Program-made: the position numbers and the translations under genes
DNA from: an uncultured delta proteobacterium
GTDB taxonomy: Bacteria; Desulfobacterota; RBG-13-43-22
Direction: 5' to 3'
DNA length: 64,000 nt
NCBI GenBank assembly: GCA_963743305.1
Contig: CAVUPH010000016.1
Span: 53,461-117,460, forward strand
Notes under the pieces: model-generated
What the model was told of the DNA's origin: nothing
Seen by the model: the letters and a program-made list of their open reading frames with translations, nothing else
The model's database searches: none
Shown here: piece by piece, positions 9,318 through 20,686 of the stretch
Layout: each line of letters starts with the position of its first letter
How positions within the stretch are numbered: position 1 is the first letter of the stretch

Positions 9318-11736
9318 ATGGGTTTTCAAATAAAAAAAGCCATGGTCATCGGTTCCGGTGTCATGGGCGGGGGAATCGCCGGCCATCTGGCCAACGCGGG
9401 GATCCCCGTTTACCTGGTGGATATCGTCCCCTTCAAGCTGACTCCCGCGGAGGAGGCCAAGGGGCTGACTTTGAAGAGCCCGGTCGTTCGCAACCGGATC
9501 GTCAATCAGGGAATAGATTTTCTGAAGAAATCCAAACCACCGGGGTTGTTCAGCCCCACCCGGATGGAGCTGATCACCGTCGGCAATATGGAAGATAATT
9601 TCGACTGGATCAAAGAGGCGGACTGGATCATCGAGGTGGTGGTCGAAAACCTCAAGATCAAACACGAGGTGATGGCCAAAATCGAAGCGGCCCGCAAACC
9701 CGGGCAGCATCGTCTCCACCAATACCTCCGGTCTGCCCATCTATCAGATTGCCGAAGGACGGTCAGACGAGTTCAAGGCCCATTTTCTGGGGACCCACTT
9801 CTTCAACCCGGCCCGGTATCTGAAGCTGCTGGAGATCATTCCCACGCCGGAAACCGACCCGAAGCTATCGGCCTTCATGATGCAATTCGGGGAACGCCGG
9901 TTGGGCAAGACCATGGTCTTGTGCAAGGATACCCCGAATTTCATCGCCAACCGGGTGGCCGGCATTACCGGGACTTCGGCCATCAACTACGTGTTGCAGA
10001 ACGATCTGACGGTGGAAGAGGTGGACGCCGTCACCGGTCCGCTGATCGGGCACCCCAAGACCGCCACCTTCCGACTTCAGGACCTGGTCGGACTGGACAT
10101 CGCCAGCCACGTGGCCAACAACCTCTATCCCGCCATCCCGGATGATCCTTTCCGGGAAGTCATCCAGGGGCCGGTGAAGGAACTGACCGGGAAAATGGTG
10201 GAAAAAGGCTGGTTGGGCAACAAGGCCAAACAAGGATTTTACAAAAAAATCAAAACCCCGGAGGGGAAAAAGGACTATCTCATACTAGACCTCAAGACCC
10301 TGGAATACCGACCTCAACAGAAACCGAATATTCCCTGGGTGAAACAGGCCAAAGGCATCGAATCCCTGCCGGAGCGGATAAAATTCATCAGCCGGCAGGA
10401 TGACCGAGTGGCCAAGATGATCGCCTTCAACACCGCCCAGGCTTTATCCTATTGTGCCTGGCTGATCCCGGAAATAGCGGATGTCCTCTACGCGGTAGAT
10501 GATGCCGTCCGGGCCGGTTTCTTCCATGAACTGGGGCCCTTTGAGATCTGGGATATCCTGGGGGTCAAGGAAACCGTCGAGCGGATGGAAGCCGAGGGAT
10601 TTAAAGTCGCCGCTTGGGTCAAAGAGATGATCGCCGGCGGCGGCGAGACTTTTTATAAGAAGGACGGGATTCGGAAGCTGTTTTGGGACCTGTCGAGCCG
10701 TTCCTATCAGCCCATCCCGGTGGACCCCAATTTTATTGTGCTTAAAGACCTGAAGGAAACCAAGGGCGTCCTGAAAAAGAACTTCAGCGCTTCCCTGATC
10801 GATCTGGGGGACGACGTCCTCTGCCTGGAGTTCCATTCCAAGATGAACGCCTTGGATCCGGATATTTTTGCTATGGGCACCCTGGCCCTGGAAGAGTTGG
10901 AAAAAGGCTATGCCGGCTTGGTGATCGGGAACCAGGGAGAAAATTTTTCCGTCGGGGCCAATGTGTTCAATGTGGTCATGGCCGCCGAAAACAAGATGTG
11001 GGGTGAAATCGAGCAGGGCGTCAAATCCATGCAGGACCTGCTGGTTGGGTTTCGCTACTGCAACAAACCGGTGGTGGCGGCGCCCTTCGGTATGGCTTTG
11101 GGGGGCGGGGCCGAAGTGGCCATGGCCGCCGACCGGATCTGTGCCGCCGGAGAGTCGTATCTGGGGCTGGTGGAAGTGGGCGTTGGGTTGCTGCCGGCCG
11201 GGGGCGGCTGTCGGGAACTGCTCCGACGGGTGGTTACACCGGCCATGAAACGGGCCGATTCCGATCCCCTGCCGTTCCTCGGGAAGGTATTTGAAAACGT
11301 CGCCATGGCCAAGGTCAGCGCCAGCGCTTTGCAGGCGCAGGAAATGGGCTTCCTGACCGATTGCGACCGGATTATCATGAAAGGGGAGCATGTTTTGGCC
11401 GAGGCCAAGCGGGAAGTACTGGCCCTGGCCGCCGCCGGCTATGCCCCGCCTCCGCGAACCAAATCGATCTACGCCTTGGGCCAGCGCGGTATAGCCGCCT
11501 TGTCCATTATGGTCCAATCCCTGCGCTGGGGGGATTTCATCTCCGAGTACGATATGTTTATCGCCAAAAAGATCGCCTATGTGCTTTCCGGCGGCGATTT
11601 AAGCGCTCCCCAGTGGGTGGACGAACAATATATCCTGGACCTGGAACGGGAGGCCTTCCTTTCCCTCTTGGGACAGGAGAAAACCATTGAACGGATCAAG
11701 CATCTGCTGATGACCGGCAAACCTTTACGGAATTAA
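9318..11736 (+). CDS. fadN: 3-hydroxyacyl-CoA dehydrogenase/enoyl-CoA hydratase (FadN-type); one frameshift near 9700
   Basis: GSGVMGGGIA; the alternate frame carries SIVSTNTSG and GTHFFNP; C-terminal crotonase domain and TGKPLRN end. Confidence 0.88.
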
Positions 11737-11751
11737 CCAGGAGGAATTTCC

Positions 11752-12930
11752 ATGAAAGATATCGTGATTGTTGCGGCGGCCCGGACGGCCGTCGGCCGCG
11801 CCAAGAGAGGAATTTTAGTCAACGTCCGGCCTGACGATATGGCCGCGATGGTGTTGAATGAAGTAATCCAGCGCGCTCCCGGGGTAAAAAAAGAGGATGT
11901 GGAAGACGTGGTCATCGGCTGTGCCTTCCCGGAAAATACCCAGGGGTTGAATATGGGTCGTCTGGCGGTGATGAAAGCCGGGTTTCCCTATACCACCTCG
12001 GGCCAGACCGTAAACCGTTTTTGCTCTTCAGGACTCCAGGCTATCGCCATCGGAGCCCAGCAGATCATGGCCGGCATGTGCGAAATCGTTGCGGCCGGCG
12101 GGGCGGAGTCCATGAGTCAGGTTCCCATGACCGGCTTCTATTTTGCCCCCAATCCGGGTCTGGTGGAGGAATATCCGGAAGCGTATATCGGCATGGGCTT
12201 GACCGCCGAAGGCGTGGCCGAAAGGTACAAGGTCACCCGCGAAGATCAGGATCGGTTCGGACTGGCGAGCAACGAGAAGGCCCTGGCAGCCATTGCGGAT
12301 GGAAAGTTTCGGGAAGAAATCGTTCCGCTGGAAGTCAAGACCGTGGCGGTCGATGAAGCCGGAAAGCGCGTGGAAAAAGTGAAGAAATTCGACGTGGATG
12401 AAGGCCCGCGGAAGACTACGATAGAGCAGATGGCTTCTCTGAAGCCGCCCTTTAAGAAAGGCGGATCGGTTACGGCCGGCAACTCCTCCCAGATGAGTGA
12501 CGGCGCCGCCGCGGTGCTGCTGATGACCGCGGAGAAGGCCGCCGCCCTGCGGCTCAATCCGCTGGCCCGCTATGTGGGCTTTGCCGTAGCCGGCGTGCCG
12601 CCGGAAATCATGGGGGTCGGTCCCATGTATGCCATCCCTCAGCTCATGAAGGTGACCGGGAGGAAACTAAAGGAAATCGACCTGTTTGAAATAAACGAGG
12701 CCTTCGCTTCACAGGCGCTGGCCTCTGTCCGGGAACTGGGCATCGATCCGGAGAAGGTCAACGTCAACGGCGGAGCCATCGCCCTGGGGCATCCCTTGGG
12801 CTGCACCGGGGCCAAGTTGACCGTGCAGCTCATTCACGAAATGAAACGGCGTGGCTCCCGGTATGGCGTGGTCTCCATGTGCATCGGCGGCGGCATGGGT
12901 GCGGCCGGGATTTTTGAAAATCTGACCTGA
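11752..12930 (+). CDS. fadA: Acetyl-CoA C-acyltransferase (3-ketoacyl-CoA thiolase)
   Basis: [27 protein letters not shown]. Confidence 0.95.
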   Translation: MKDIVIVAAARTAVGRAKRGILVNVRPDDMAAMVLNEVIQRAPGVKKEDVEDVVIGCAFPENTQGLNMGRLAVMKAGFPYTTSGQTVNRFCSSGLQAIAIGAQQIMAGMCEIVAAGGAESMSQVPMTGFYFAPNPGLVEEYPEAYIGMGLTAEGVAERYKVTREDQDRFGLASNEKALAAIADGKFREEIVPLEVKTVAVDEAGKRVEKVKKFDVDEGPRKTTIEQMASLKPPFKKGGSVTAGNSSQMSDGAAAVLLMTAEKAAALRLNPLARYVGFAVAGVPPEIMGVGPMYAIPQLMKVTGRKLKEIDLFEINEAFASQALASVRELGIDPEKVNVNGGAIALGHPLGCTGAKLTVQLIHEMKRRGSRYGVVSMCIGGGMGAAGIFENLT

Positions 12931-12967
12931 TCCAACTAATTCTAAATCCGATTTACCGTGTGTTTCT

Positions 12968-13002
12968 CCCCCTCACCCGAAGTGTGAAAACGGGTGAGGG
13001 GG
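12968..13002. terminator. GC-rich hairpin after the thiolase (terminator-like or repeat element)
   Basis: ccccctcacccg / cgggtgaggggg 12-bp inverted repeat. Confidence 0.5.
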
Positions 13003-13232
13003 GACCCGTTCCAACCCAATCCGTGTTTCCTTGGTGAGCGTTCAACCCTGGCCGGAGAAAGCTATGGAAGTTGAAGCAATCCTTTCTACCTCTCAAAATC
13101 GATTTCAATCCGTTCGGTTCCGCCTCAGCTTCGAAGACCCTGGTTGCCGGATCAAGTCCGGCATGACGAATGAAAACAAACGCCTAAAAGCGGTGTTCGA
13201 CTTTATATCCATTTCCAAGCAAGGAGAAAAGC

Positions 13233-14456
13233 ATGTTTGATTTTTTATTGAGCGAGGAAGAAAAGGCTTTCCGGGATGAAGTCCGGGATTTTGTAAAAAC
13301 CGTCCCCAGTCAACTCCTGCGGGATATGGATAACAGCAAAATAGAGACCGGTCGGCCGTTCATCGAAATGGCGGCGGCCCGGAATCTTCTGGGAGCCCGT
13401 TTCCCGAAGGAGTACGGCGGCCGGGGGCTCAACTGGACGGCCGAAGTAGCGGGCGTGGAAGAGGTGGGGGTTTTAGGCAATTCCTTGTCCTGCGCTTACG
13501 TCATGCCCGGTATCGTGGGAGAGGCGGTCAACCTCTTTGGAACGGAAGAGCAGAAACGAAAGTACCTGGCGCCGACTCTGGCCGGGAAACTCTACAGCGC
13601 GGAGGCCTTGACCGAACCTCGGGGGGGATCCGATTTTTTCGGGGCCACCACCACGGCGGTCGAGGACGGCGATTGCTTCATACTCAATGGGGAAAAGAGG
13701 TTTGTGGTGGGCGCCCAGGATGCGGACTGGTTCCTGGTGTATGCCAAATCGGCCCCCCAGGCCCCGCCCCATCAATCGATCAGTTGTTTTATCGTGGAGC
13801 GGTCCTTCGGAGTGGAGGTTCAGAATATCTACCAATTGTTGGGAACCCGGGGCGGCGGGACCGGCCGCCTGGTTTTCAAGGATGTGCGGGTCCCCCGGGA
13901 AAATGTGGTGGGCGAATTACATAATGCCTATGCCATTTTCAATCGCATGATGATTCCCGAACGGTTGTTGAGCGGGGCCGGTTGCATCGGGGCCGGCCGG
14001 GCGGCCCTGGAGGTGGCGGCCCGGTATTCAACGCGGCGCAAGGCCTTCGGCCAGACCATTGATAAATTTCAGGCCGTCAATTTTATGCTGGCCGATTCTG
14101 TAGCCGCACTGGACGCCGCCTGCTCCCTGGTCTATACCGCGGCCAGGTTGGTCGATTCCGGCGCGGACGGCCGACGTCTGGTTTCCGAGGCCAAGAAGGT
14201 GGGCACCGAAACGGCCTGGCAGGTGATCAACAACGCCATGCAAATCATGGGCGGAATCGGCTATACCACGGTCTATCCCATCGAGCGACTTTTGCGCGAC
14301 TGCCGACTGGCCATGATCTGGACCGGGACCAACCAGGTGATGAACATGCTGGTCCAGCATGAATACTACAAGGAGCTCAAGCGCCGGGAAGGACTGGCCC
14401 GGGACATCGAGGGCGACGCCCAGACCCCGGATGAAGTGGAGAAGCATTATGGATGA
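13233..14456 (+). CDS. Acyl-CoA dehydrogenase
   Basis: LTEPRGGSD, GEKRFV, QIMGGIGY, IWTGTNQV. Confidence 0.9.
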   Translation: MFDFLLSEEEKAFRDEVRDFVKTVPSQLLRDMDNSKIETGRPFIEMAAARNLLGARFPKEYGGRGLNWTAEVAGVEEVGVLGNSLSCAYVMPGIVGEAVNLFGTEEQKRKYLAPTLAGKLYSAEALTEPRGGSDFFGATTTAVEDGDCFILNGEKRFVVGAQDADWFLVYAKSAPQAPPHQSISCFIVERSFGVEVQNIYQLLGTRGGGTGRLVFKDVRVPRENVVGELHNAYAIFNRMMIPERLLSGAGCIGAGRAALEVAARYSTRRKAFGQTIDKFQAVNFMLADSVAALDAACSLVYTAARLVDSGADGRRLVSEAKKVGTETAWQVINNAMQIMGGIGYTTVYPIERLLRDCRLAMIWTGTNQVMNMLVQHEYYKELKRREGLARDIEGDAQTPDEVEKHYG

Positions 14457-14487
14457 ACATTGACAGGTTCGCAAAAAATCCCGAACT

Positions 14488-14689
14488 GTCATCCCGATCC
14501 CTTCGCTTACCGTCATCCTGAGCCCCGCACTGGTCATCCTGAGCGAAGCGAAGGATCTCGGTCTTCTGCGCGGGGTAGACTCCGCGAAGGATCTCGTCTT
14601 TCGGCTCAGGGTAAACTCCGTGAAGGATCTCGGAACTGGCTGAAAAAACAAAATTCTTCGTCCCGCGATAACGCAGGACGAAGAATGAC
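14488..14689. repeat. Compound GTCATCC...ATGAC REP-like element with internal iterations
   Basis: Three gtcatcc starts and three gaaggatctcg units. Confidence 0.75.
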
Positions 14690-14709
14690 AACCTCCTTGG
14701 AGAATTAGT

Positions 14710-16260
14710 ATGGGTCAATGGATGGACGGTTATCTGTCTCGCCTGGAGCGGGTTCGGCGGGAAAATCTGGAAGGCGGGGGAGAAAAGCGACTTCAGGAAT
14801 TGCGGGACCTGGGAAAACTCGGCGCCCGGGAGCGGATTGAAAAATTGTTGGACCCGGGAAGCTTCGAGGAGATCGGCTCCCTGGTTCGCGATGTCCGCCC
14901 CCCGTATGACGGACGGAAAAGACCCAGCCCGTCGGATGGAGTGGTGATGGGCTTGGGCAGCGTTCGCGGTCGAACGGCGGCCGTTTATGCCTTTGATTTT
15001 TCAGTGATGTCCGGTTCCCTGGGGGACCAGGCCGTCTGGAAACTGAACGATTTGACCAAGATGGCCGGACAGATGGGGATCCCGCTGTTCGGCCTGATCG
15101 ACTCGGCCGGGGAACGGATCAGCCTGAAGGGCGGGGATTCCGGATTGAACGGACTGGGCGAACTGCTCCGAAATACCTGCCTGTATTCCGGCATCATTCC
15201 CCGGGTCACCCTCCTCCTGGGACCCTGCACCGGGGTCATGGCCTCTCTGCCCGTGCTTTCCGATTTCCTGATCATGAATCGTCACACGGCTTTTCTCTGG
15301 CTGGGGGGTGAAAAGTCCACGAAAGAGGGGGGAAGCGCCGACTTCCACCAGGAGAAAAGCGGCCAGTGCGACCTGATCGCCGACAGCGACGACGAAGCCG
15401 TCGAGCAGGCCAGACTGCTGTTGGATTATGTTCCCCAGAACTGTTGGGATAAGCCTCCAGTGGTAGAGACGGGGGATGATCCCGACCGGCGGGAGGAAGA
15501 CCTGCTGGATATCATGCCCGACAACCCCAAGTTTACTTATGACATCCACGAGGTCATCGAGAAGATAGTGGACAACGGGGTGTTTTTGGAGCTCAAGGAA
15601 GATTTCGCTTCTCACCTGGTTATCGGTTTCGCCCGGTTCGGCGGGCTGGCGGCCGGCATCGTAGCCAACAACCCCGATGAATTGAGCGGAATCATGGAGC
15701 CGGATTCCTCGGACAAGTATGACCGCTTCATGAATTTCCTGGACGCCTTTAATATCCCCCTGGTGACCCTGGTGGATACCACGGCCTTTCCTCCCGGGGA
15801 CCGGTGGGAGCGGCTGGGGGTGATCCGTCACGGGGCCAAATTGCTCCATTCCTATGCCCACCTGACCTGCCCGAAGATCACCCTGGTCCTGCGGCGCTCC
15901 TACGGAGGGGCCAACATCGTCCTGGGCTGCTCCCGCATGTTCCCGGATTTTGTCTACACCTGGCCGACGGCCGAATTCGCTCCTACCGGCCCGGAAACCG
16001 TGGTTCATGCCGTGTTCCACAAAGAGCTGGCCAAGGCCAAGGAGCAGGGGAATTTTGATCAGGTGTTCAATCAATATCTCGGGATTCTCAAAGAGCAGTT
16101 CTCGGTGATGAATCTGGCCAAGGTTTGGACCTCCTATTATACGACCCATGAGGTGATCGACCCCAGGGACACCCGTCCGCGGATCATCCGGGCCCTTCAG
16201 GCCGTGAGCGGAAAGCGCGAGGAACTACCGGCCAAAAGGCGTTCCATCAAGCCGGCATAA
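14710..16260 (+). CDS. Divergent acyl-CoA carboxyltransferase subunit A
   Basis: ARERIEKLLDPGSF, DGVVMG, RRSYGGA, VIDPRDTR; N-domain loop GPCTGVMAS atypical. Confidence 0.88.
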   Translation: MGQWMDGYLSRLERVRRENLEGGGEKRLQELRDLGKLGARERIEKLLDPGSFEEIGSLVRDVRPPYDGRKRPSPSDGVVMGLGSVRGRTAAVYAFDFSVMSGSLGDQAVWKLNDLTKMAGQMGIPLFGLIDSAGERISLKGGDSGLNGLGELLRNTCLYSGIIPRVTLLLGPCTGVMASLPVLSDFLIMNRHTAFLWLGGEKSTKEGGSADFHQEKSGQCDLIADSDDEAVEQARLLLDYVPQNCWDKPPVVETGDDPDRREEDLLDIMPDNPKFTYDIHEVIEKIVDNGVFLELKEDFASHLVIGFARFGGLAAGIVANNPDELSGIMEPDSSDKYDRFMNFLDAFNIPLVTLVDTTAFPPGDRWERLGVIRHGAKLLHSYAHLTCPKITLVLRRSYGGANIVLGCSRMFPDFVYTWPTAEFAPTGPETVVHAVFHKELAKAKEQGNFDQVFNQYLGILKEQFSVMNLAKVWTSYYTTHEVIDPRDTRPRIIRALQAVSGKREELPAKRRSIKPA

Positions 16261-16371
16261 AGAATCGCACAAACAACGTGCGAGTCTTTATGGAAAAAAT
16301 GACCTTTGAAATGGGAGCCGAGCGGATGGGGCTGGGCAGAAAAATGAGTTGCTGAGACATAAGGTGATTCC

Positions 16372-17928
16372 ATGGGAGAAGGCTACGAGCAGGGGATTAA
16401 ACGGCTTAGGGAAATTCAGAAGAAAAACCTTACCGGGGGGGGCGAAGAGCATATCGAACGCCAGCACCGGAGGGGCAAGCTGACCGCCCGGGAACGGATC
16501 GAAACACTACTGGACCCAGGTACTTTCGGTGAACTGGGTTCGGTGGTGAATACCACCGGGTCCCGAATCGACGGGCGGGAATTCGATGCGCCCGGCGATG
16601 GGGCCGTGGTAGGAACGGGTCTGGTGGAGGGCCGCCGGATCGCGGTCTATGCCAGCGACTTCACCGTGTTGGGTGGCTCGATCGGAACCCAGCACGGGAT
16701 GAAGTTCGTTAAACTGATGGAGATGGCCGCCCGCTGGGGGATCCCCATGGTCTGGCTGTTGGACTCCTCGGGGGGGCGGTTGGGCTACCGGGATGTGCCC
16801 ATGGCCGGCATTGACTGGTGGTTCGCCCTCGAATCCCGGTTCTCCGGTTTAATACCGCAGATCAATGTTCTCCTGGGCCCCTGTATCGCCGGGCAAGCCT
16901 ATTGCCCGGTGCTCTGCGATTTTCTGCTGATGAGTCGGGGGTCGGCCCACCTCTGGCTGGGCGGGCCCCGGATGACCGAAGCCGCTACCTCGGAGAAAAT
17001 CGGCGAAGACGTGGGCGGCGCCGATTACCACATGGTCTACAGCGGCACCTGCGACCTGGTGGGGGATAATGATCGGGAAACGCTTTTGTTGACCCGGCGG
17101 TTGCTGGGTTATCTTCCTTCCAACTGGCGGGAGCGGCCGCCGGACCGGACGCCCTCCGATCCCCAGGACCGGAAAGTGGAGGAACTGCTGGCCATCGTCC
17201 CCGACAACTATGATCAACCCTATGATATGCACGAAGTGATCCGGGTTCTGGTGGATGACGGGGAAGTCCTGGAGATCAAGGACGAATACGCCAAAAACCT
17301 GATCACCTGTTTCTGCCGGTTTAACGGGCAGGTGGTGGGGTTGGTGGCCAACAACCCGAGGGAACCGGGCAGCATACTGGAGATCAATTCCTGTGATAAA
17401 TATTACCGTTTCCTCCAGGTCCTGGATGCCTATAACCTTCCGCTGGTCAATCTGGTGGATACGCCTCCGGTCGTACCCGGGGAAGAGCAGGAGGCCTTGG
17501 GGCTTTTGAGGCATGTCGGTAAAATCCTGGATGTCTATGCCACCTCGACTATTCCCAAGATCAGCGTCATCTTGAGGGAGGCCTACGCCGATGCCGGCAG
17601 CATCATCATGGGGGGCTCCAAGGGGCTGGGGGTCGATCTTTGCTACGCCTGGCCCATCGCCCGTTTGGCGGTAGAGGCCTCTACGGTTGATTACCAAAAG
17701 GTCTATGGGAAGGGGATCGAGGCGGATGCCTATGAAGGTTACCTGAACCGGTCCCGGGAAAAACTGGATATCTTTGAAGTGGCCCGGAGCTGGACGGCTC
17801 AGATCGTGGATGAGGTAATCGAGCCCCAAGACACCCGGAAGCGAATTATTGAGGCGTTGGACTTTACTCGAAACAAACAGGAAACGTTGCCGAAGCGGGC
17901 CAAGAGGCATGGGACGGGACCAACATAA
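16372..17928 (+). CDS. Divergent acyl-CoA carboxyltransferase subunit B
   Basis: GKLTARERIETLLDPG, DFTVLGGS, GPCIAGQAY; C-domain loop REAYADAGS atypical. Confidence 0.88.
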   Translation: MGEGYEQGIKRLREIQKKNLTGGGEEHIERQHRRGKLTARERIETLLDPGTFGELGSVVNTTGSRIDGREFDAPGDGAVVGTGLVEGRRIAVYASDFTVLGGSIGTQHGMKFVKLMEMAARWGIPMVWLLDSSGGRLGYRDVPMAGIDWWFALESRFSGLIPQINVLLGPCIAGQAYCPVLCDFLLMSRGSAHLWLGGPRMTEAATSEKIGEDVGGADYHMVYSGTCDLVGDNDRETLLLTRRLLGYLPSNWRERPPDRTPSDPQDRKVEELLAIVPDNYDQPYDMHEVIRVLVDDGEVLEIKDEYAKNLITCFCRFNGQVVGLVANNPREPGSILEINSCDKYYRFLQVLDAYNLPLVNLVDTPPVVPGEEQEALGLLRHVGKILDVYATSTIPKISVILREAYADAGSIIMGGSKGLGVDLCYAWPIARLAVEASTVDYQKVYGKGIEADAYEGYLNRSREKLDIFEVARSWTAQIVDEVIEPQDTRKRIIEALDFTRNKQETLPKRAKRHGTGPT

Positions 17929-17937
17929 GAGGTGACT

Positions 17938-18025
17938 ACGAATGTCGAATATCGAACAGGGAATGTCGAATGTTGAAGGAAAATACTAAGACCTTTGATT
18001 CAGTATTCGATATTCGACATTTGCA
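17938..18025. repeat. Heptamer-iterated palindrome (tcgaata type), second copy
   Basis: gaatgtcgaatatcgaa...cgaatgttgaag...attcgatattcgacatt. Confidence 0.7.
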
Positions 18026-18061
18026 TTCTAACGAACCACATCAACATTAAGGGAGAGAAAT

Positions 18062-18931
18062 ATGGGATCCAAGACCGTCATTACCTGCGCCTTGACCGGC
18101 GTTTTGACCAATCCGGCCGTTCACAACGTCCCGGTGACACCGGAGGAAATGGCCGAGCAGACCCAGCAGGCCTACGATGCCGGGGCCTCTACGGTACATG
18201 TTCATTTCCGGAATCAGGGTCCGGGGCTGGGGCATCTGCCCACCTGGGACCTGGAAACGGTTGGCGCCATCCTGGAGGCCGTCAAGACCCGGGTCCCGGA
18301 AATCATTATCTGTATGAGCACGGGGGTGATGGGGCCGGATATATCCGCTCCGGCGGCCTGCCTGGAAAAATTCAAACCGGAGATGGCCGCCTGTAACGCC
18401 GGATCGCTTAATTACCTGAAGTTGAAGAGCGACGGGAGGTGGGCCTGGCCGCCGACGCTGTTCGACAATCCGGTGGATAAGGTGGAAAGGTTTCTGCAGG
18501 TGATGAAGGCCAACGGCGTGGTTCCCGAATTTGAATGTTTCGACAGCGGGATCGTTCGAAGCGTCGGGCTGTACCAGCGTAACGGGATGTTCATCGGGCC
18601 GGCCCATATCTCCCTGGTCATGGGGGTGGCCAGCGGGATGCCGGCCAAGCCGGAATGGCTTCCGTTGTTGATGGAAGAGATGCCTGCGGGCGCCCTTTGG
18701 CAGGTGATCGCCATCGGGCGTCAGGATGTCTGGCCGCTCCACCGTCGATGTGTGGAATTGGGTGGAAACGTTCGAACCGGCCTGGAGGATACCTTCTATC
18801 TGCCCAACGGGGAAAAGGCCCCCCACAACGGGGCCTTGATCGAGGCCTTGGCCAAGGTGGTCCGGGAGGCGGGGAGAGAGATTGCCAGTCCGGCCGAGGC
18901 CCGGGAAATACTGGGGTTGCCTGTCCGGTGA
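18062..18931 (+). CDS. Beta-keto acid cleavage enzyme (BKACE/Kce, DUF849 family)
   Basis: ITCALTG, PVTPEE, HVHFR metal motif, STG, RTGLED. Confidence 0.9.
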   Translation: MGSKTVITCALTGVLTNPAVHNVPVTPEEMAEQTQQAYDAGASTVHVHFRNQGPGLGHLPTWDLETVGAILEAVKTRVPEIIICMSTGVMGPDISAPAACLEKFKPEMAACNAGSLNYLKLKSDGRWAWPPTLFDNPVDKVERFLQVMKANGVVPEFECFDSGIVRSVGLYQRNGMFIGPAHISLVMGVASGMPAKPEWLPLLMEEMPAGALWQVIAIGRQDVWPLHRRCVELGGNVRTGLEDTFYLPNGEKAPHNGALIEALAKVVREAGREIASPAEAREILGLPVR

Positions 18932-19041
18932 ATTTAATGGGTGTTCAGGTGGTTGGGGATCTCCCCCGCCCCCCGCCCCCCCCGCCAGGGGAGGGGGAAC
19001 AATGGACGATTTTTTTTACTTAAACGAAGGAGGTCAAGGCA

Positions 19042-19305
19042 ATGGACATAGAAACCAACCCCAACTTGATCGAAATCCGAGCGCCCATGTCCGGGGTCTT
19101 TTACCGCCGGCCGGCGCCGGAACAACCGCTTTATGTCCAAGAGGGCGATGAAGTTAAAAAGAAACAGGTAGTGGGTTTGCTGGAAACCATGAAAGTTTTC
19201 CAGAAAGTTAAATCCCCGGGGACCGGTAAGGTGGTCAAAATCGTGGCGGAGAATGAGACCGCTTTGAAAGACGGTGACCTGATCATGGTCATCGAGGGCT
19301 CCTGA
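19042..19305 (+). CDS. accB: Biotin carboxyl carrier protein
   Basis: APMSGVFYRRP, ETMK biotin lysine; RBS aggagg. Confidence 0.85.
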   Translation: MDIETNPNLIEIRAPMSGVFYRRPAPEQPLYVQEGDEVKKKQVVGLLETMKVFQKVKSPGTGKVVKIVAENETALKDGDLIMVIEGS

Positions 19306-19313
19306 GACGGGGC

Positions 19314-20684
19314 ATGTTTTCCAAGATCCTTATCGCCAACCGGGGGGAGATCGCCCTCCGGATCATTCGGACCTGCCGGGAATTGGGCCTGCAGACAGTG
19401 GCCGTCTACTCGGAGGCCGACGTCCATTCGTTGCACCTGCAATTGGCGGATGAAACGGTGTGCATCGGGCCGGCCCCGAGCACTAAAAGTTATCTGGACG
19501 GGGAGCGGATTATCTCGGTGGCCAAAGCCAAGGGGGTACAGGCCGTTCATCCCGGTTACGGCTATCTGGCGGAAAATGACTCCTTTGCCCGGTCGTGTGA
19601 AGCGGCCGGGCTCGTTTTTATCGGACCTTCCTCCGATAGTCTTCGGCTGGCCGGGGAAAAAATCGCCGCCAAGAGGGTCATGAAAGAGGTCGGAGTGCCG
19701 GTGATTCCCGGCAGTGACCAGGGGGTGGGGACGACGGAAGAGGCCCTCCGGATTGGCGAGGAGATCGGCTACCCTTTAATGGTTAAGGCCGCCGGGGGGG
19801 GAGGCGGACGGGGCATTCGAATCTGTCCGGACCCCAAGACCCTGCGGGAGGATTTTCCCGTGGCCCGGGGAGAAGCCCGGGCGGCTTTCGGGACCGACGA
19901 GGTCTATCTTGAGAAATACCTGGCCGAACCCCGGCATATCGAGTTCCAGATTCTGGCCGACTGCCGGGGAAGGATCGTCCATTTGGGTGAGCGGGAGTGC
20001 AGCATCCAGCGGAGGTACCAGAAACTCATTGAGGAATCACCTTCGCCCCGGCTGACACCGGAACTTCGTCGGGTCATGGGGGCCATGGCCCTCCGGGCGG
20101 CCGCGGCCGTCGGTTACCGCAATGCCGGCACAGTGGAATTTCTGTTGGACGGGAACGGCCAATTCTACTTTATGGAAATCAATGCCCGGATCCAGGTGGA
20201 GCATCCGGTTACGGAAATGACTACCGGCGTCGATCTCATCCGGGAACAGATCCGACTGGCGGCCGGTGAAAACCTGTCCTTTCTTCAGGAGGATATCCGG
20301 TCCAGGGGTTGGGCGATTGAATGCCGGATCAATGCCGAGGATGCGGAAAGGCATTTTCTGCCTTCTCCCGGGAAGATTGAGCTCTATCGTCCCCCTGGAG
20401 GCTTCGGCCTGCGGTTGGATAGCCATCTTTATCAGGGCTATGAACTGCCGATCTTCTACGACTCCCTGGTCGCCAAGCTCATCGCCTGGGATCTTACCCG
20501 GAACGGGGCCATCCGGATAATGAAAAGGGCCTTGGAAGAGTTCCGGATCGAGCCGATTAAAACCACCATCCCACTACATCTGAAGATTATGGATGATCCT
20601 CTTTTTAATCAAGGGGAATTCAACACCCATTTTATCCAGAGACTCCTCCCCCAGGATGCGGAGGAAGAAGACGAGGACGAATAA
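19314..20684 (+). CDS. accC: Biotin carboxylase
   Basis: KILIANRGEIA, HPGYGYLAEN, ERECSIQRRYQK, FMEINARIQVEH. Confidence 0.93.
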   Translation: MFSKILIANRGEIALRIIRTCRELGLQTVAVYSEADVHSLHLQLADETVCIGPAPSTKSYLDGERIISVAKAKGVQAVHPGYGYLAENDSFARSCEAAGLVFIGPSSDSLRLAGEKIAAKRVMKEVGVPVIPGSDQGVGTTEEALRIGEEIGYPLMVKAAGGGGGRGIRICPDPKTLREDFPVARGEARAAFGTDEVYLEKYLAEPRHIEFQILADCRGRIVHLGERECSIQRRYQKLIEESPSPRLTPELRRVMGAMALRAAAAVGYRNAGTVEFLLDGNGQFYFMEINARIQVEHPVTEMTTGVDLIREQIRLAAGENLSFLQEDIRSRGWAIECRINAEDAERHFLPSPGKIELYRPPGGFGLRLDSHLYQGYELPIFYDSLVAKLIAWDLTRNGAIRIMKRALEEFRIEPIKTTIPLHLKIMDDPLFNQGEFNTHFIQRLLPQDAEEEDEDE

Positions 20685-20686
20685 GC

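Noticed and set aside
14460-14708. Small ORF between the ACAD and the carboxyltransferase
   Set aside because: Consists of the palindromic repeat element
10444-17910. Long antisense ORFs (e.g. 10444-11517, 15001-16149, 16849-17910)
   Set aside because: Shadow frames of GC-rich genes, with no recognisable motifs
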